A stretch of DNA of 64,000 bases from an uncultured Candidatus Rokubacteria bacterium (GCA_963747235.1 CAVVEU010000040.1:352001-416000), one strand, 5' to 3'. Shown: positions 11,464-22,843, counted from the first letter of the stretch. The notes: generated from the letters alone by a model not told the origin. Made by a program: numbers and translations.

Positions 11464-12240
11464 TCAGGATTCGGCCTGGACGCGGGCCTGGAGGTCGCGC
11501 GCGCGGCCGCGGCCTCGCAGGAGCGCGCGGATCCCGAAGTAGGCGAAGGCGTCCTTGAGGTTGGAGTACAGCCGCTGGAGCGCGCCCCATCTCCTGGCTG
11601 GTCACGTACTCCATCGTGTACACGACGCGGCGCTCGCCCTCCCCGAGACGGGCTCACCCCGTGGTAGACCTTGTCGCCGTTGAAGATGACCAGCGAGCCG
11701 GGCTCGGTGGCCACCGCGAGCTCGAGCGGGGCGCGGCCGGCGGTTCGCGTGTGCAGCCGGCACTGGAGCCGGCTCGCGGAGTCCTGCACGAGCCCGACGA
11801 GCACGGTGTAGCGCGCGCCCCGGTAGTAGGACGTGTCGTAGTGATAGCCCATGTGATCGCCGGGCTCGGTGTAGAAGTAGAGCGCGCAGGCGTGGGGATC
11901 CTCGTCCGGGCAGAGCTTGAGGTCGGCCCGCACCAGCCCGCCGAGGAACCGGCGGAACCGCTCGGAGCGGTAGAAGGCGAGCAGCGCCGGCCCCTCGTCG
12001 GCGATCGCGTAGTGGCTGACGCTGCCGCCCTTCTTGTGGCGCGGGATGTAGTTGCGGTTGAGCCCGGGCTCGAGGCGGCGCACGTCGTCGAGGAGCGCGC
12101 CGACCGCGACCGGCGGCAGGAACCGCGGGATGAACAGGAACTCGTCCTGCGCCCAGTACTCGCGCTCGAGCGCGGGCACGTCGAGGCGGTCGAGCGCCGC
12201 GTCGATCTCGGCCGCGAACGCGCGCGTCGCGGGCGATCAT
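11464..12240 (-). CDS. 2OG-Fe(II) oxygenase family protein (frameshifts near both ends)
   Basis: HYD...H facial triad (GYHYDTS; NGDKVYHGVSP) followed by a conserved Arg. Confidence 0.75.
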
Positions 12241-14293
12241 CCGAGGCGCTCCACCTGCACCAGGTTGGAGTGCAGCGCCGGCCCGCCGCCCATGTCCGCG
12301 GTGCGGTCGTCGGTGAGCGCGTTGACCCCGCGCCCGCCCGGCTGGTGCTTGTTCCACCAGATCCCCTCCACCACCGCCACCCCCTCGCGCGTGTCGTCGG
12401 TCAGCTCGGCGGTGAACCGCGCCTCGCCGCGTGCGCTCCGCACCAGCACCGCGTCGCCGGTCTGGATGCCGCGGGCCGCGCCGTCGGCCGGATGCAGCAG
12501 CACCGCGGGCCCGCGCTGGCGCCGGCGCATGAGCTCGGACTGGCTGAACGAGGAGTTCAGGAAGAAGCGGTTGGGCGGCACGATGCACTGCAGCGGATAG
12601 CGCCGCGTGAGCTCGGCGTGCTCCGGCCCCTCCACCAGCGGCGTGTAGGTGGGCAGCGCGGGCAGGCCCGCCCGGGCCAGCGTCTCCGAGAGGAACTCGA
12701 CCTTGCCGGACGGCGTGGGCGCCCCGTTGGCGAAGGGCAGGTACGGCCGGCCGATGCGGAGTCGCACCGAGTGCTCCGCCTCGAGCCGCTCCAGCGTGAT
12801 GCCCTCGATCGAGGGATCGCCCGAGGCGAGCGCCTCGCGGATGAGATCGTCCTCGCTCTTGCTGAAGTGCGGGTCGCGCAGCCCCATCGCCGGCGCGAGC
12901 AGCCGGGTCACGGCCCAGTTCGAGCGCGCCTCCCCCTCCGGCGCGATGACCGGGCGGGCGAGCTGCACGTAGAAGTGGCCGTAGGACTTGTAGCAGTCGG
13001 TGTGCTCCATGGACGTGGTGGCCGGGAGCACCAGGTCGGCGTAGTCGGTGGTGTCGGTGAGGTGCTGCTCGTGCACCACCGTGAAGAGGTCCTCACGCGC
13101 GAGGCCCCTGGAGCACCAGCTCCTGGTTGGGCACGATCGAGGCCGGGTTGGCGTTGTAGACGTAGAGCGCCTTGACCGGCGGCGTCAGGTCCGGATCGGT
13201 GAGCGCGCGCCCGAGCTGGATCATGTTGATCACCCGCGGCGCCGGCTGCGGGGATCAGGTCCGGCCGCTCGACCACCGCGTTCGAGAGGCCGAACGCGCC
13301 GCTGGACGCCAGCAGGGCGCCGCCCGCGGGATGCGCGTAGGCCCCGGTCAGCGCGGGCAGGCACGCGATGGTCCGGCACGTCATGCCGCCGTTGTCGTGG
13401 CGGGAGAGCCCGATCCCGACGCGGATGAACGCGGCGCGCGTGGCCCCGTAGCGGTGGGCGAAGGCCACGATGTCCGAGACGGTGAGCCCGGTGATCGCGG
13501 CCACGCGCTCGGGATCGTACTGCTTGACGTGCTGGGCCAGCGCCGTGAAGCCGAGCGTGGCGCGCTGGATGTAGTCCTGGTCCACGCGCCCCTCGCCGAT
13601 GAGCACGTGCATGACGCCCAGGGCCAGGGCCCCGTCCGTTCCCGGCCGCGGCATGAGATGCCAGTCGGCCTGGCGCGCGGTCGGGGTCCGGTAGGGATCC
13701 ACGCAGACCACGAAGGCGCCGCGCCGGCGCGCCTGCTTCACCAGCGTCATCGCGTTGATGTGGGTGTGGGAGGCGTTGATGCCCCAGAGCACGATCAGGT
13801 CCGACTCCGCCATCTGCTCGGAGTCGTTGCCGGTCACGGTGCCGAGCGTGCCCTGCCAGCCCGCATAGGCGGTGCTGACGCAGATGGTGCGGTCGAGCCG
13901 CGACGCGCCGAGCGCGTAGAAGAGCGCATGGCCCGCCCGGTTCTGCACGAGGCCGAGCGTGCCGCCGTAGGAGAACGGCAGGATGGCCTCGGCGCCCCAC
14001 TGGGCGATCACGCGCCGCCAGCGGTGGGCGATCTCGTCCACCGCCTCGTCCCAGCCGATCGGCTCGAAGCGTCCCTCGCCCTTGGGCCCGACGCGTCGAA
14101 GGGGCGTCAGCACCCGTGTCGGGCCGTAGACGCGCTCGGCGTAGTCGTGGACCTTGCCGCAGATCACGCCCCGTGTGAAGGGATGCCGGGCATCGCCGAC
14201 GACGTCGGTGATGCGCCCCGCCTCCACCGTGACCTGGAGCGCGCACTGCGACGGGCAGTCGTGCGGACAGACGGACGGCAACGTGGCTCGCAT
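12237..14293 (-). CDS. Molybdopterin (bis-MGD) oxidoreductase, single subunit (frameshifts near 13100-13250)
   Basis: CPHDCPSQC...C Fe-S motif, TICVST, ADLVLPATT, FLNSSF, C-terminal molybdopterin-binding domain. Confidence 0.88.
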
Positions 14294-14317
14294 CGAGACG
14301 CTAGATTATCATGGGCC

Positions 14318-15577
14318 ATGCGCGAGCACCCCTTCCAGAGCCTCGAGGCCCGCCGGCTCGCGCTGCTCTTCGCGATCGTCTACTTCGCCCAGGGCATGAT
14401 CTACCTGCCCGACCAGGTCGTCTCGATCGTGTTCAAGGAGCGCGGCCTCACCGCCGGCCAGCTCGCCGCGTTCACCTGGATCACCACGATCCCGTGGTTC
14501 ATCAAGCCGGTCTACGGCCTGCTGTCGGACTTCGTGCCGCTGTTCGGCACCCGGCGGCGGAGCTACTTCCTGATCATGTCCGCGATGGCCGCGCTGGCCG
14601 CGGTCGCCCTGAGCCTGATGCCCGGCGCGTCCTACGCCCAGCTCGCCGCCATGATCACCCTGCTCTGGCTGGGGGTGGGCTTCACCGACGTCCTGACCGA
14701 CGCGCTCATGGTGGAGAACGGCAAGCGGGTGGGGCTGACCGGCGCGTTCCAGTCCGTGCAGTGGGGCGCGCTGAGCGCGGCCTCGATCCTGGTCGGGGTG
14801 GGCGGCGGCTACCTCGCCGAGCGCCGCGCCTTCGCGGCCGCATTCGCGCTGGTGGCCTGCTTCCCCGTCGTCTCGTTCCTGATGGCCCTCCTCGTGGTGC
14901 GGGAGCCACCCGCGCGCCCGACCCTCGAGGGCTTCGGCGAGACCTGGAGCGCGGTCCGCGCGGCGCTCACGCGGCGCGACCTGTGGGCGGTGGCGGGCTT
15001 CACGTTCTTCTGGGCGTTCAGCCCGTCGTTCGGGCCCGCGTTCTTCTACTACCAGACCGACGTCCTCGGCTTCTCGCAGACGTTCATCGGCGTGCTCTCG
15101 TCGCTGGGGGCCGCCGCGAGCATCGCGGGCGCCTGGGCCTACGCGCGCCTGTCGCGGGCCTACTCGCTGAAGCGCCTGATCGTCTGGTCGATCGGCGCCG
15201 GCGTGGTGGGCACGCTCGCCTATCTCGTCTACCGGGGCCCGGTGTCGGGGATCATCATCACGGTGGTCTTCGGCGCGATCGGCATGACCACCCAGCTCGC
15301 GTTCCTGGACCTGGCCGCCAAGGCCTGCCCGCGTCGCGCGGAGGCCACCTTCTTCGCGCTCCTGATGTCGGTCTACAACCTCGGGATGCGCAGCGCGGAG
15401 TGGACCGGCGCGAACCTGTACGACTGGGTGGGCTACGCGCCGCTGGTGCTGATCTCGACCGCGTTCACCGCGGCCGCGTGGCTCCTGGTGCCGCTCGTGC
15501 CCATCGACGCCATCCAGGCCGCGGCTCAGGAATCCACGCGCTCCTCCCGCTCCACCGCCTCCTTGGCCGACTCGTAG
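14318..15577 (+). CDS. MFS transporter, BT1 folate/biopterin family
   Basis: YFAQG, PWFIKPVYGLLSD..P.FG.RRRSY, DVLTDALMVE, EATFFALLMS. Confidence 0.85.
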   Translation: MREHPFQSLEARRLALLFAIVYFAQGMIYLPDQVVSIVFKERGLTAGQLAAFTWITTIPWFIKPVYGLLSDFVPLFGTRRRSYFLIMSAMAALAAVALSLMPGASYAQLAAMITLLWLGVGFTDVLTDALMVENGKRVGLTGAFQSVQWGALSAASILVGVGGGYLAERRAFAAAFALVACFPVVSFLMALLVVREPPARPTLEGFGETWSAVRAALTRRDLWAVAGFTFFWAFSPSFGPAFFYYQTDVLGFSQTFIGVLSSLGAAASIAGAWAYARLSRAYSLKRLIVWSIGAGVVGTLAYLVYRGPVSGIIITVVFGAIGMTTQLAFLDLAAKACPRRAEATFFALLMSVYNLGMRSAEWTGANLYDWVGYAPLVLISTAFTAAAWLLVPLVPIDAIQAAAQESTRSSRSTASLADS

Positions 15578-15936
15578 GAGCGCCGCAGCCAGCGGATGGC
15601 GCGCCCGGTGTCGCGCGGGTCCTCCACGCGGCACTCGACCCAGCCCATCGCGCTCATGCGCCGGTGGGGCGAGCAGCCCGCCGCGAGCGCGCGCCGCTGG
15701 TCCTCGGGCGTGAGGCGGATCCAGAGATCGCTGTCCTTGGCGCGCAGCGGGAAGCAGGCGAACAGGCGGGGGCCGACGAAGTAGCCCCAGCGCCCGAACA
15801 TCGGGGTGATCCGCACCCGGGGCCACTTGCCGAGCGTCTGGTTCAGCTCGGCGGCCGGCCCGGTCCCGCCGCGCTCGAGCGTCCGGCGAGTCTTCCGCGC
15901 GGAGCCGAGGCCGCGGAACGGCCGGCGGGGATCCAC
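15526..15936 (-). CDS. TfoX-like / luciferase-like small protein
   Basis: PMFGRWGYFVG..LFA and W.RRSYE pattern in C-terminal part of ORF 15526-16650; GTG start inferred. Confidence 0.55.
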   Translation of the reverse strand: MDPRRPFRGLGSARKTRRTLERGGTGPAAELNQTLGKWPRVRITPMFGRWGYFVGPRLFACFPLRAKDSDLWIRLTPEDQRRALAAGCSPHRRMSAMGWVECRVEDPRDTGRAIRWLRRSYESAKEAVEREERVDS

Positions 15937-15938
15937 CG

Positions 15939-16717
15939 CTAGCTCAGGGGATTCGTGGGGCCGAGCGCGGTGAGCCCGCCGTCCACGATCGTGGTGTAGC
16001 CGGTCACGGCCCCGTTGGCGAGCAGGAACACCACCGCCTCCGCGACCTCGTCCACCGTCGCGGGTCGGCCGATCGGCGTGAGGCTCCCGATCTGGTCGAG
16101 CAGGTCTCGCGTGATGAGGCCGCCGCCGAAGCCGGTGGCGAGCACGCCCGGGGCCACCGCGTTGACCCGGATGCGCGAGGGCGCCAGCGCGCGGGCCAGC
16201 GATTTCGTCAGCGCGTCGAGGCCGGCCTTGGACGCCGCGTAGGCCATGGACGAGCCGGTGCCGGTGAACGTCGCCACCGAGGTGATGTTGACGATGGCGC
16301 CCGCCGCCCCGCCGCTCCATGTGGGGCACCGCGGCGCGCACGCAGTAGAAGGCGCCGCGCAGGTTGGTGGCCAGGGCGCGGTCCCAGATCTCGTCGGTGA
16401 GGTCCTCGAATCGGCGGTGTGGCACGCGCTGCGTCCAGCCCGCGTTGTTCACCAGGCAGTCGAGGCCGCCCAGCTCGCGCGCGACCAGGTCGGCCATCGC
16501 CCGCACCTCGGCATCGCGCGTGATGTCGGCCTGGACCGGCAGGGCCCGGACGCCGGCCTCCTCGGCGAGCTTGGCCGTCTCGTCGGCCGCCGCCTTCGAC
16601 CTGGAGTAGTTGACCGCCACCGCGGCGCCTTCGCGGGCCAGCGCCAGCACCGTCGCGCGCCCGATGCCGGTGGCGCCCCCGGTGACCAGCGCGACCTTGC
16701 CGGCCAGCCTCGCGATC
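15939..16717 (-). CDS. Short-chain dehydrogenase/reductase (frameshift near 16300; start uncertain)
   Basis: TGGATGIG, NNAG, YAASK, VNAVAPG, DGG. Confidence 0.85.
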
Positions 16718-17477
16718 AGGGGAAGTGGTACCGGGAGATGTGGAGATGCACGCCGTGGGAGGACTGGGGCTCGACGGTGAGCTCGCCCGCCCCGAGCAGC
16801 AGCGCGGCCTGCGCTTTCTCCAGGCGCGCGACCAGCGGCGGCATGTCCGGCGCCACCATGGACAGCGCGACCATGCCTTCCATCCCGCCCACCTCGCTCG
16901 CCGGCACCATCAGGAGCGTGCTGCCGCCGGGCCAGCCGAGCATGGTGCGCGGCCCGCCGTTGACCTCGACCTCCGGGAGGCCGAAGAGATCCTGGTAGGT
17001 CTTGGCGGTGTCGTGCGGCGCGGGCGACCCGATCACGAGCCGCTTGAAGCGCACCGGCGACTCCGGGAGGGCCTCCCCGGACGCGGGGGTGGCGAGCTCC
17101 ACGAGCACGCCGTGGCAGGACTTCGGATGCAGGAACCCGATGCGGCCGGCGAGCCCGTCGCGCGGGGCGGTGTCGAGCAGGGCCACGCTCTTGGAGTGGA
17201 GCGCGCTCAGATCGCCCGCCACGTCGGCGGTCTTGAAGCAGAGATGGTGGAGCCCTTCACCGCGCTTGGCCAGGAACTTCCCGATCGGGCTCTCCGCGCC
17301 GAGCGGCTCCAGCAGCTCGATCTCGCTGTCGCCCGCGGCCAGCAGGGCCGCGCGCACGCCCTGTTCCTTGACGGCCGCCTCGCGCACGAGCGGCAGGCCC
17401 AGCGTGTCCCGCCAGAAGCCGTAGGCCTGCGAGAGGCTCTTCACCGCGATACCGACGTGATGGATGCTGGTCACCAT
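16716..17477 (-). CDS. mce: Methylmalonyl-CoA epimerase with C-terminal extension
   Basis: HHVGIAV, EQGV, IELLEP, GEGLHHLCF, FLHPKSCHGVLVEL. Confidence 0.85.
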   Translation of the reverse strand: MVTSIHHVGIAVKSLSQAYGFWRDTLGLPLVREAAVKEQGVRAALLAAGDSEIELLEPLGAESPIGKFLAKRGEGLHHLCFKTADVAGDLSALHSKSVALLDTAPRDGLAGRIGFLHPKSCHGVLVELATPASGEALPESPVRFKRLVIGSPAPHDTAKTYQDLFGLPEVEVNGGPRTMLGWPGGSTLLMVPASEVGGMEGMVALSMVAPDMPPLVARLEKAQAALLLGAGELTVEPQSSHGVHLHISRYHFP

Positions 17478-17536
17478 GGCGTGGTCACGACGCTCACGCT
17501 AGCCGACGAGGCCCGGATTTTCAAGGTCTTTCGCCC

Positions 17537-18619
17537 TCAGGCCTGGGAAAAGAGCTTCTCGCTCGGCACCGGGGGCACGGCGACCAATCCCGCGTTCTCC
17601 TCGACGTGGGCCAGGCTCCGCATCCCGCAGAGCGCGGTCCCCACCCCGGGCGTGGACCGCACGAACTGCAGCGCGCGCTGCGCGTCCGTCCGCAGCCCTT
17701 CCAGCACCTGGGCGAGGGCCGGCGGCAGGTTCTGGGCCAGCTTGCCCTGGAGAATGGACGCGGAGGTCATCACGTAGAGGCCGAGCTGCTCGGCCGCCTG
17801 CATGATCGGAATGGTGGTCGTGCCGACGCGCTGGTTGGCCACCGTGATCGCCTCGGTCATGGCGAGGTTGTACGGGAGCTGGATCATGCCGAAGTGATGC
17901 CCCTCGCCCGCCACCTCGTGCGCGAGGCCGAGCAGCCCGGGCAGCGAGAGATGATCGGCCGCCGTCGCGGGCTGGCGGAAGCCGGTCCACGTGGCGACCC
18001 CGTAGCAGCGGATCTTGCCGTCGCGCACCGCGCCTTCCAGGAGCTCGAAGGCGGCGCGCATGCGGGTCTGGAAGGTGGCCTGGTCCACCGCGCCGAGCTG
18101 GGTCTCCGGGTTGTGCACGAAGTAGACGTCGATGGTCTCGAGGCCCAGGTTGGCGCGGCTCCGGTCGAGCTGGTCGGCGAGGAAGCGCGGGGCGATGCAG
18201 TGGCCGTCGCCCACGACCTCGTCGGGCTTGACGATCCCGGCCTTCACGTAGGCCTCCACCGGATGCGGCATGAATCCGCCCTTGGTCGCGATCAGCACGT
18301 CCTCGCGCGCGATCCGGACCTCCCGCGCCAGCGCGCGGAGCACCGCGCCCACGTTGCGCTCGCTGCGCTGGTGGCGATAGTTGATCGCGGAGTCCACCAC
18401 GTTGAACCCCAGCTCGAGCGCGCGCCGCACCGAGGCCTGGTAGGCGCGGTCGGTCGCCTCGTCCTCCGCGCCCAGATACGTCCCGATGCCGACCGAGGAC
18501 AGCGTGAGGCCCTGCCACGTCCGGAAATGGCCCTCGCCGGCCCGGGCGCCCCGCCGCGTGCGGTAGCCCGCGGTGCCCTCCACCGTCGCGAAGCCTCGGA
18601 TCAGGGCCGCGTCGGCCAT
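17537..18619 (-). CDS. Aldo/keto reductase
   Basis: GIGTYLG, DSAINY, ATKGG, DVYFVHNPE, QLPYN, GMRS..HVEEN. Confidence 0.88.
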   Translation of the reverse strand: MADAALIRGFATVEGTAGYRTRRGARAGEGHFRTWQGLTLSSVGIGTYLGAEDEATDRAYQASVRRALELGFNVVDSAINYRHQRSERNVGAVLRALAREVRIAREDVLIATKGGFMPHPVEAYVKAGIVKPDEVVGDGHCIAPRFLADQLDRSRANLGLETIDVYFVHNPETQLGAVDQATFQTRMRAAFELLEGAVRDGKIRCYGVATWTGFRQPATAADHLSLPGLLGLAHEVAGEGHHFGMIQLPYNLAMTEAITVANQRVGTTTIPIMQAAEQLGLYVMTSASILQGKLAQNLPPALAQVLEGLRTDAQRALQFVRSTPGVGTALCGMRSLAHVEENAGLVAVPPVPSEKLFSQA

Positions 18620-20239
18620 CACGTCTCCCGGTACACGAGCAGGATCAGCCCGACCGCGGTCATGCACGCGGCCCAGATCCAGCCGGGGATGCGGCCGTCG
18701 GCGGCGGGCAGCCGCACCTCGAGCCAGCGGCCCCAGGCCATGACCACGCCGAGCAGCCCCATGGGCGCGTGCGAGACCTCGGCGAGGAACTCGGTCTTGA
18801 GATTGAACATGGCGTGCGAGTGCGTCAGGAGCAGCGCGCCTCCCGACGCGCAGAGCAGCGGAAACACCAGGCGCCCGCCGGGCCGCGTGAGCCGCGCGGA
18901 GCGCACCATCCACTCGAACACCGCGAGCGCCACCACCAGCAGCACCACCAGCCGGTGCTGCAGCACGTCGGGCAGGACCATGCTCTCCCAGAACCCGGCC
19001 GGCCCCAGCGGCCACGCGCGCGGGTCGTTGCGCACGAACAGGAACGCGGCCAGGCCGAGGAAGCCGAGCGGCCAGTGCCGCGCCCAGCGCGCGCGACCCG
19101 TCCGATCGAGCAGGGCGAGCAGCCCCATGGTGAACACGAAGAAGCCCGCCGCGTGGTGATTGTACTCGGACCACGCGTATTCTTCCGGCTGGCGTGTGGC
19201 CAGGGTGTCTTCCATGGGCGCCGCCGCGGCCAGGAGCTGCGCGATGGGCGGCGAGCTGAGCCGCGGCATCGCGGGCCGGAAGCGGGCGGCCACCTCGGCC
19301 GGCGTGGCGCGATCGGCCACCACGTCCACCGACGGCGGCAGCGACGTCAGCGAGGCGGCCGCCAGCAGGAGCGTGAGGCCCAGGCCCACCTCGGCCTCGA
19401 GCAAGGCCGGCACGCGCGCCGCGATCGCCCCCGCTCCCGCTGTCGCCCCGGCGCAGGACGAGGAAGTTCAGACCGCCCAGGATCAGCGCGCAGCCGAGCA
19501 GCGCCACCTTGGTCAGCACCATGACCCCGTAGCCGGTGCCGATCAGGCCGCCCCACCCGCCCACGTAGCTCCAGGACAGGTAGAGGCCGGGCCCGAGCAC
19601 CAGGACGAGGGCGGCGATGGCCACCACCGAGAAGCGCGCGAGCACGCGCACGCCGAGCGGCTCGGCCGCCGGGCCGCCCGCGCGGCGCCAGAGCAGCGCG
19701 AAGCCGACCAGGTGGAGGAGCCCGCCCACCCACACCATCGCGCCGAGCTGATGCAGCACGGTGCCCACCATGAGCGGGCCGCGATCGTGCAGGCGGCTCA
19801 CCGCGTGGGCGAGCCAGGCCGAATTCGCCATCAACAGGAGACCGAGGCCGAGCGCCACCGTGAAGCCGAGCGTGCGGTCGGGCGCGCGCCGGATCCCGCG
19901 CGCGCACACCGCCAGGGCCAGCGCCAGCGCGACACGGCCGAGCCCCGCGAGGCCGAACTCGGTGGTGAGGAACTCGCGCAGCGGCCAGCGCCCCGAGTCC
20001 TCGGCCAGCGCCCAGGGATGCACGAGCAGCAGGAGGAGCAGCTCGGCGCCCGCCGCGAGCAGCGCGCCCGCCGCGATGAGGGTCAGCGCGCGCCCGCGCG
20101 CGGCGGCCACGAGGCCCCCCGCGCCGGCCGGCGGCCGCAGCACCAGCCACAGGTAGACGAGCCCGCCGACCGCCGCGGCGAGCCCCACCGTCCCGAAGCC
20201 GCGCAGCAGGACGTCGAGAAAGCCCGCCAGCTGCGTCAT
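18619..20239 (-). CDS. copD: CopD family copper-uptake/resistance membrane protein with extended C-terminus (frameshift near 19425)
   Basis: AHAVSR, HQLGAMVWVGGL, RFS, YG..VLTK, EYAWSEYNHH; adjacent to copC. Confidence 0.75.
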
Positions 20240-20243
20240 GCCG

Positions 20244-20636
20244 CTAGCGGCCGGCGCCGACCGTGAAGCGCAGCGCGCCCTCGGTGATGTGGCCGTCCAC
20301 CGCGAGCACGCGATACCGCAGGACGTAGACGCCGGGGCCGAGCGGCTGGAGCGGGATCGTGAGCCGGTCGGGCGTCGCCTCCGCGTCGCCGGGGGGCACC
20401 GCCACCGCCACCGGCGCCCGGTCCGCGAGGGCCAGCGTCACCCGGGTGAAGCGCTTCTCGATCCGGCTATTGAAGCGGAGCGTCACCCGCGCAGGCGGTT
20501 GCGGCAGCACCGCGTCGTGGGTCGGGGACGACTCGAGCACGATGGCGTGCGGGGACGCCGCGCGGGGCGCGGCGAGCGTGAGACAGGCCATCAGCAGCAG
20601 GGCCGCCGCGGAGGCCGGCCGGAACGGGAACGCCAC
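20244..20636 (-). CDS. copC: CopC periplasmic copper-binding protein
   Basis: Signal peptide then HAIVLESSP; YRVLAVDGH; start codon uncertain. Confidence 0.85.
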   Translation of the reverse strand: MAFPFRPASAAALLLMACLTLAAPRAASPHAIVLESSPTHDAVLPQPPARVTLRFNSRIEKRFTRVTLALADRAPVAVAVPPGDAEATPDRLTIPLQPLGPGVYVLRYRVLAVDGHITEGALRFTVGAGR

Positions 20637-20641
20637 GCGGA

Positions 20642-21671
20642 TCAGCGCCAGTCGTCCAGCACCAGATCGCTGGCGTCCTCGTAGTCCTCCTGCTTGCCCC
20701 GCTTCATGCGGACCATGGTGAAGTCCACGTGGTAGCCGCGCTCGAGGAGCGTCTGGTACGCGGTCCAGTAATACGTGTAGGCAGGCACGACGACGCGCTG
20801 GAGCTGGGCGGAGGCCGCCATCTCCTCCACGCCCGGCGATCAGGGCCTGCAGGTGCTCGGGCTTGCGATGCGCGCTGTCGATCGCCAGCAGCTTGACGTA
20901 GGCGCTGCCGTGGGGCGCCTCGCTGTTGGGCGGCAGGTGGCAGACCGCGAAGCCGATCACCTCCCGGCCCTTCTCGAGCAGGAGCGTGTCGCCCAGGGTG
21001 AGACCGTCCACGATCTCGATCTCCTTGCTCACGTCGAGCCCGCGCCAGAAGTGATTCGTGATGCGCCGGATCTTCTGCATCACCTGCTTCTTGCGCGCTT
21101 CCTCGAGCGTCGAGTACCGGCGCACGCCGGCCCCGGGCTTGGCCGCGGGCTTCGCGACGCCCACCGGCGCTCGATCGAGCGCCTTGCTGGTCACCACCAC
21201 CAGGCCCTTCGGCCGGTAGCCGTACTTCTGGTAGAAGATCAGGTGCTTGGGGCTGTAGGGATAGGTCGCCACGCCCTGCAGCGTCGCCTTGTTCTCGTCG
21301 AAGAACTCCTGGCACGCGGTGAGGAGCTGCTGGCCGATGTCCTGGTTCTGGTAGTGGGTCAGCACCGCCACCGGGCCGATCACGCCCACCGTGCCCCACA
21401 TGACCGCGACGGCGGCGCCGACGATCTTGCCGTCGCCCTCCTCGGCCACGAAGCAGCCCCACGGCTCCATGAGCCAGCGATGGTGCACGTACTGCGCCCC
21501 GCCGAACACCTGGCGCGGCCGCGTGCCCACCTGGCGCTCGAAGAAATCGCCGAAGGCCTGCTCGATGACGTCGCGGACCTTGGAGAGATCGCCCTTCCGG
21601 ACACGGCGGATCTTGATGAGGGGCGAGCGGCCTTGCGAATCGAGGCCCGGGCGGTCGACGGTCGCCCTCAT
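20642..21671 (-). CDS. GNAT family N-acetyltransferase (frameshift near 20835)
   Basis: GPVAV..YQNQDIGQQLL acetyl-CoA motif A, FYQKYGY. Confidence 0.75.
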
Positions 21672-22558
21672 GATTGCTCCGGCACGCCCGCCAGCTCCTC
21701 GAGCAGCGTGATCACGCCGGAGTGGTCGAGCCCGCCCTTGCCCTTGACCCGCATGGCGTTGAACAGCTCCTGCACCACCGCGGTGGTCGGCAGCGGCACG
21801 CCGAGGGCGCGGGACGACTCCATGATGAGGCCCAGGTCCTTGAAGTGCAGATCGATCTTGAAGCCGGGGTTGTAGGTCCCCGCCACGTAGTTGGCCGTCT
21901 TCTGCTCGAGGCACTTCGAGCCGGCGAGGCCGCCGCCGAGCGCCTTGAGGGTGAGCGCGCGATCGAGGCCGGCCTTGCGCGCCAGCGTCAGCGCCTCGCC
22001 CAGCGCGGTGAGATTCACCGCCACGATGATCTGGTTGGCGAGCTTGGTGAACCCGCCCGCGCCCAGCGGCCCGAGGTGCGTGATCGTCTTGCCGAGCGCC
22101 TGGAACACCGGCAGCGCGGCGTCGAAGTCGGCCTTCTCACCCCCGACCATGATGGACAGCGCCGCGTCGATGGCGCCCTTCTCGCCGCCCGAGACCGGCG
22201 CGTCGAGCATGCGCACGCCCTTCGCCCCGAGGGCCTTGCCGACCTTCTGCGAGACCAGCGGCGAGATCGTGGACATGTCGGCGAAGAGCTGCCCACGCTT
22301 GACGCCCTCGATCAGGCCATCCTTGCCGAGCGCCACCAGCTCCACGTCCGGAGAGTTCGGCAGCATGGCGATGATGACGTCGGACTGGGCCGCGACGTCC
22401 TTTGGACTGGAGGCCGCTTTGGCCCCCGCCCCGACCAGCTCCTGCACCGGTCCCTGGCTCCGGCTGTGGACAACCAGTGGATATCCGGCCTTCAGCAAGT
22501 TCTTAGCCATGGGACGGCCCATGATACCAAGCCCAATGAATCCAACGACTTGCGCCAT
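21668..22558 (-). CDS. garR: 2-hydroxy-3-oxopropionate (tartronate semialdehyde) reductase
   Basis: GFIGLGIMG.PMA.NL, DAPVSGG, KLANQ, PGFKIDLH.KDL. Confidence 0.8.
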   Translation of the reverse strand: MAQVVGFIGLGIMGRPMAKNLLKAGYPLVVHSRSQGPVQELVGAGAKAASSPKDVAAQSDVIIAMLPNSPDVELVALGKDGLIEGVKRGQLFADMSTISPLVSQKVGKALGAKGVRMLDAPVSGGEKGAIDAALSIMVGGEKADFDAALPVFQALGKTITHLGPLGAGGFTKLANQIIVAVNLTALGEALTLARKAGLDRALTLKALGGGLAGSKCLEQKTANYVAGTYNPGFKIDLHFKDLGLIMESSRALGVPLPTTAVVQELFNAMRVKGKGGLDHSGVITLLEELAGVPEQS

Positions 22559-22676
22559 GGTGACCTCGTGGGGACCGAATTGGGAGGAGCTGCAGCGGCC
22601 CGGAGGTTGGAGTAACACAGACGCGCGCGGTGAGTCAAGCCATTCCCCAGCCCCCCGCACTCCCCCCGCACTCTTA

Positions 22677-22705
22677 TTGACAGGCGCCGCGGTTCCTGCG
22701 ACTCT
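22677..22705 (+). promoter_or_regulatory. Putative sigma70 promoter of the trp leader
   Basis: Perfect TTGACA at 22677-22682, 17-bp spacer, TGn-GACTCT. Confidence 0.55.
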
Positions 22706-22712
22706 TCGGCTC

Positions 22713-22763
22713 GTGAAATCGACGCGCGCGGCGGCCTGGTCTTGGTGGTGGCCCTGCCCCTGA
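22713..22763 (+). CDS. trpL: Trp attenuator leader peptide MKSTRAAAWSWWWPCP
   Basis: 16-codon ORF with 4 Trp codons (WSWWW) upstream of anthranilate synthase, followed by a terminator. Confidence 0.85.
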   Translation: MKSTRAAAWSWWWPCP

Positions 22764-22809
22764 GGGGTGGGCCCGCCGGCCAGCGCAAGCGCGATCTAGG
22801 CGAGACCGG

Positions 22810-22843
22810 AGCCGCCCCCAGGCTGGGGCGGCTTTTGCGTTTT
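22810..22843 (+). terminator. Attenuator terminator hairpin
   Basis: AGCCGCCCC/GGGGCGGCT 9-bp stem followed by TTTGCGTTTT. Confidence 0.85.

Noticed and set aside
11464-12240. Possible BesD-like radical halogenase
   Set aside because: Retains HxD carboxylate ligand; halogenases have HxG/A
17537-20239. Apparent CopD-aldo/keto reductase fusion (900 aa); likewise the ArnT-DedA and GNAT-CopC ORFs
   Set aside because: Created by frameshifts; each downstream gene has its own start next to the true upstream stop
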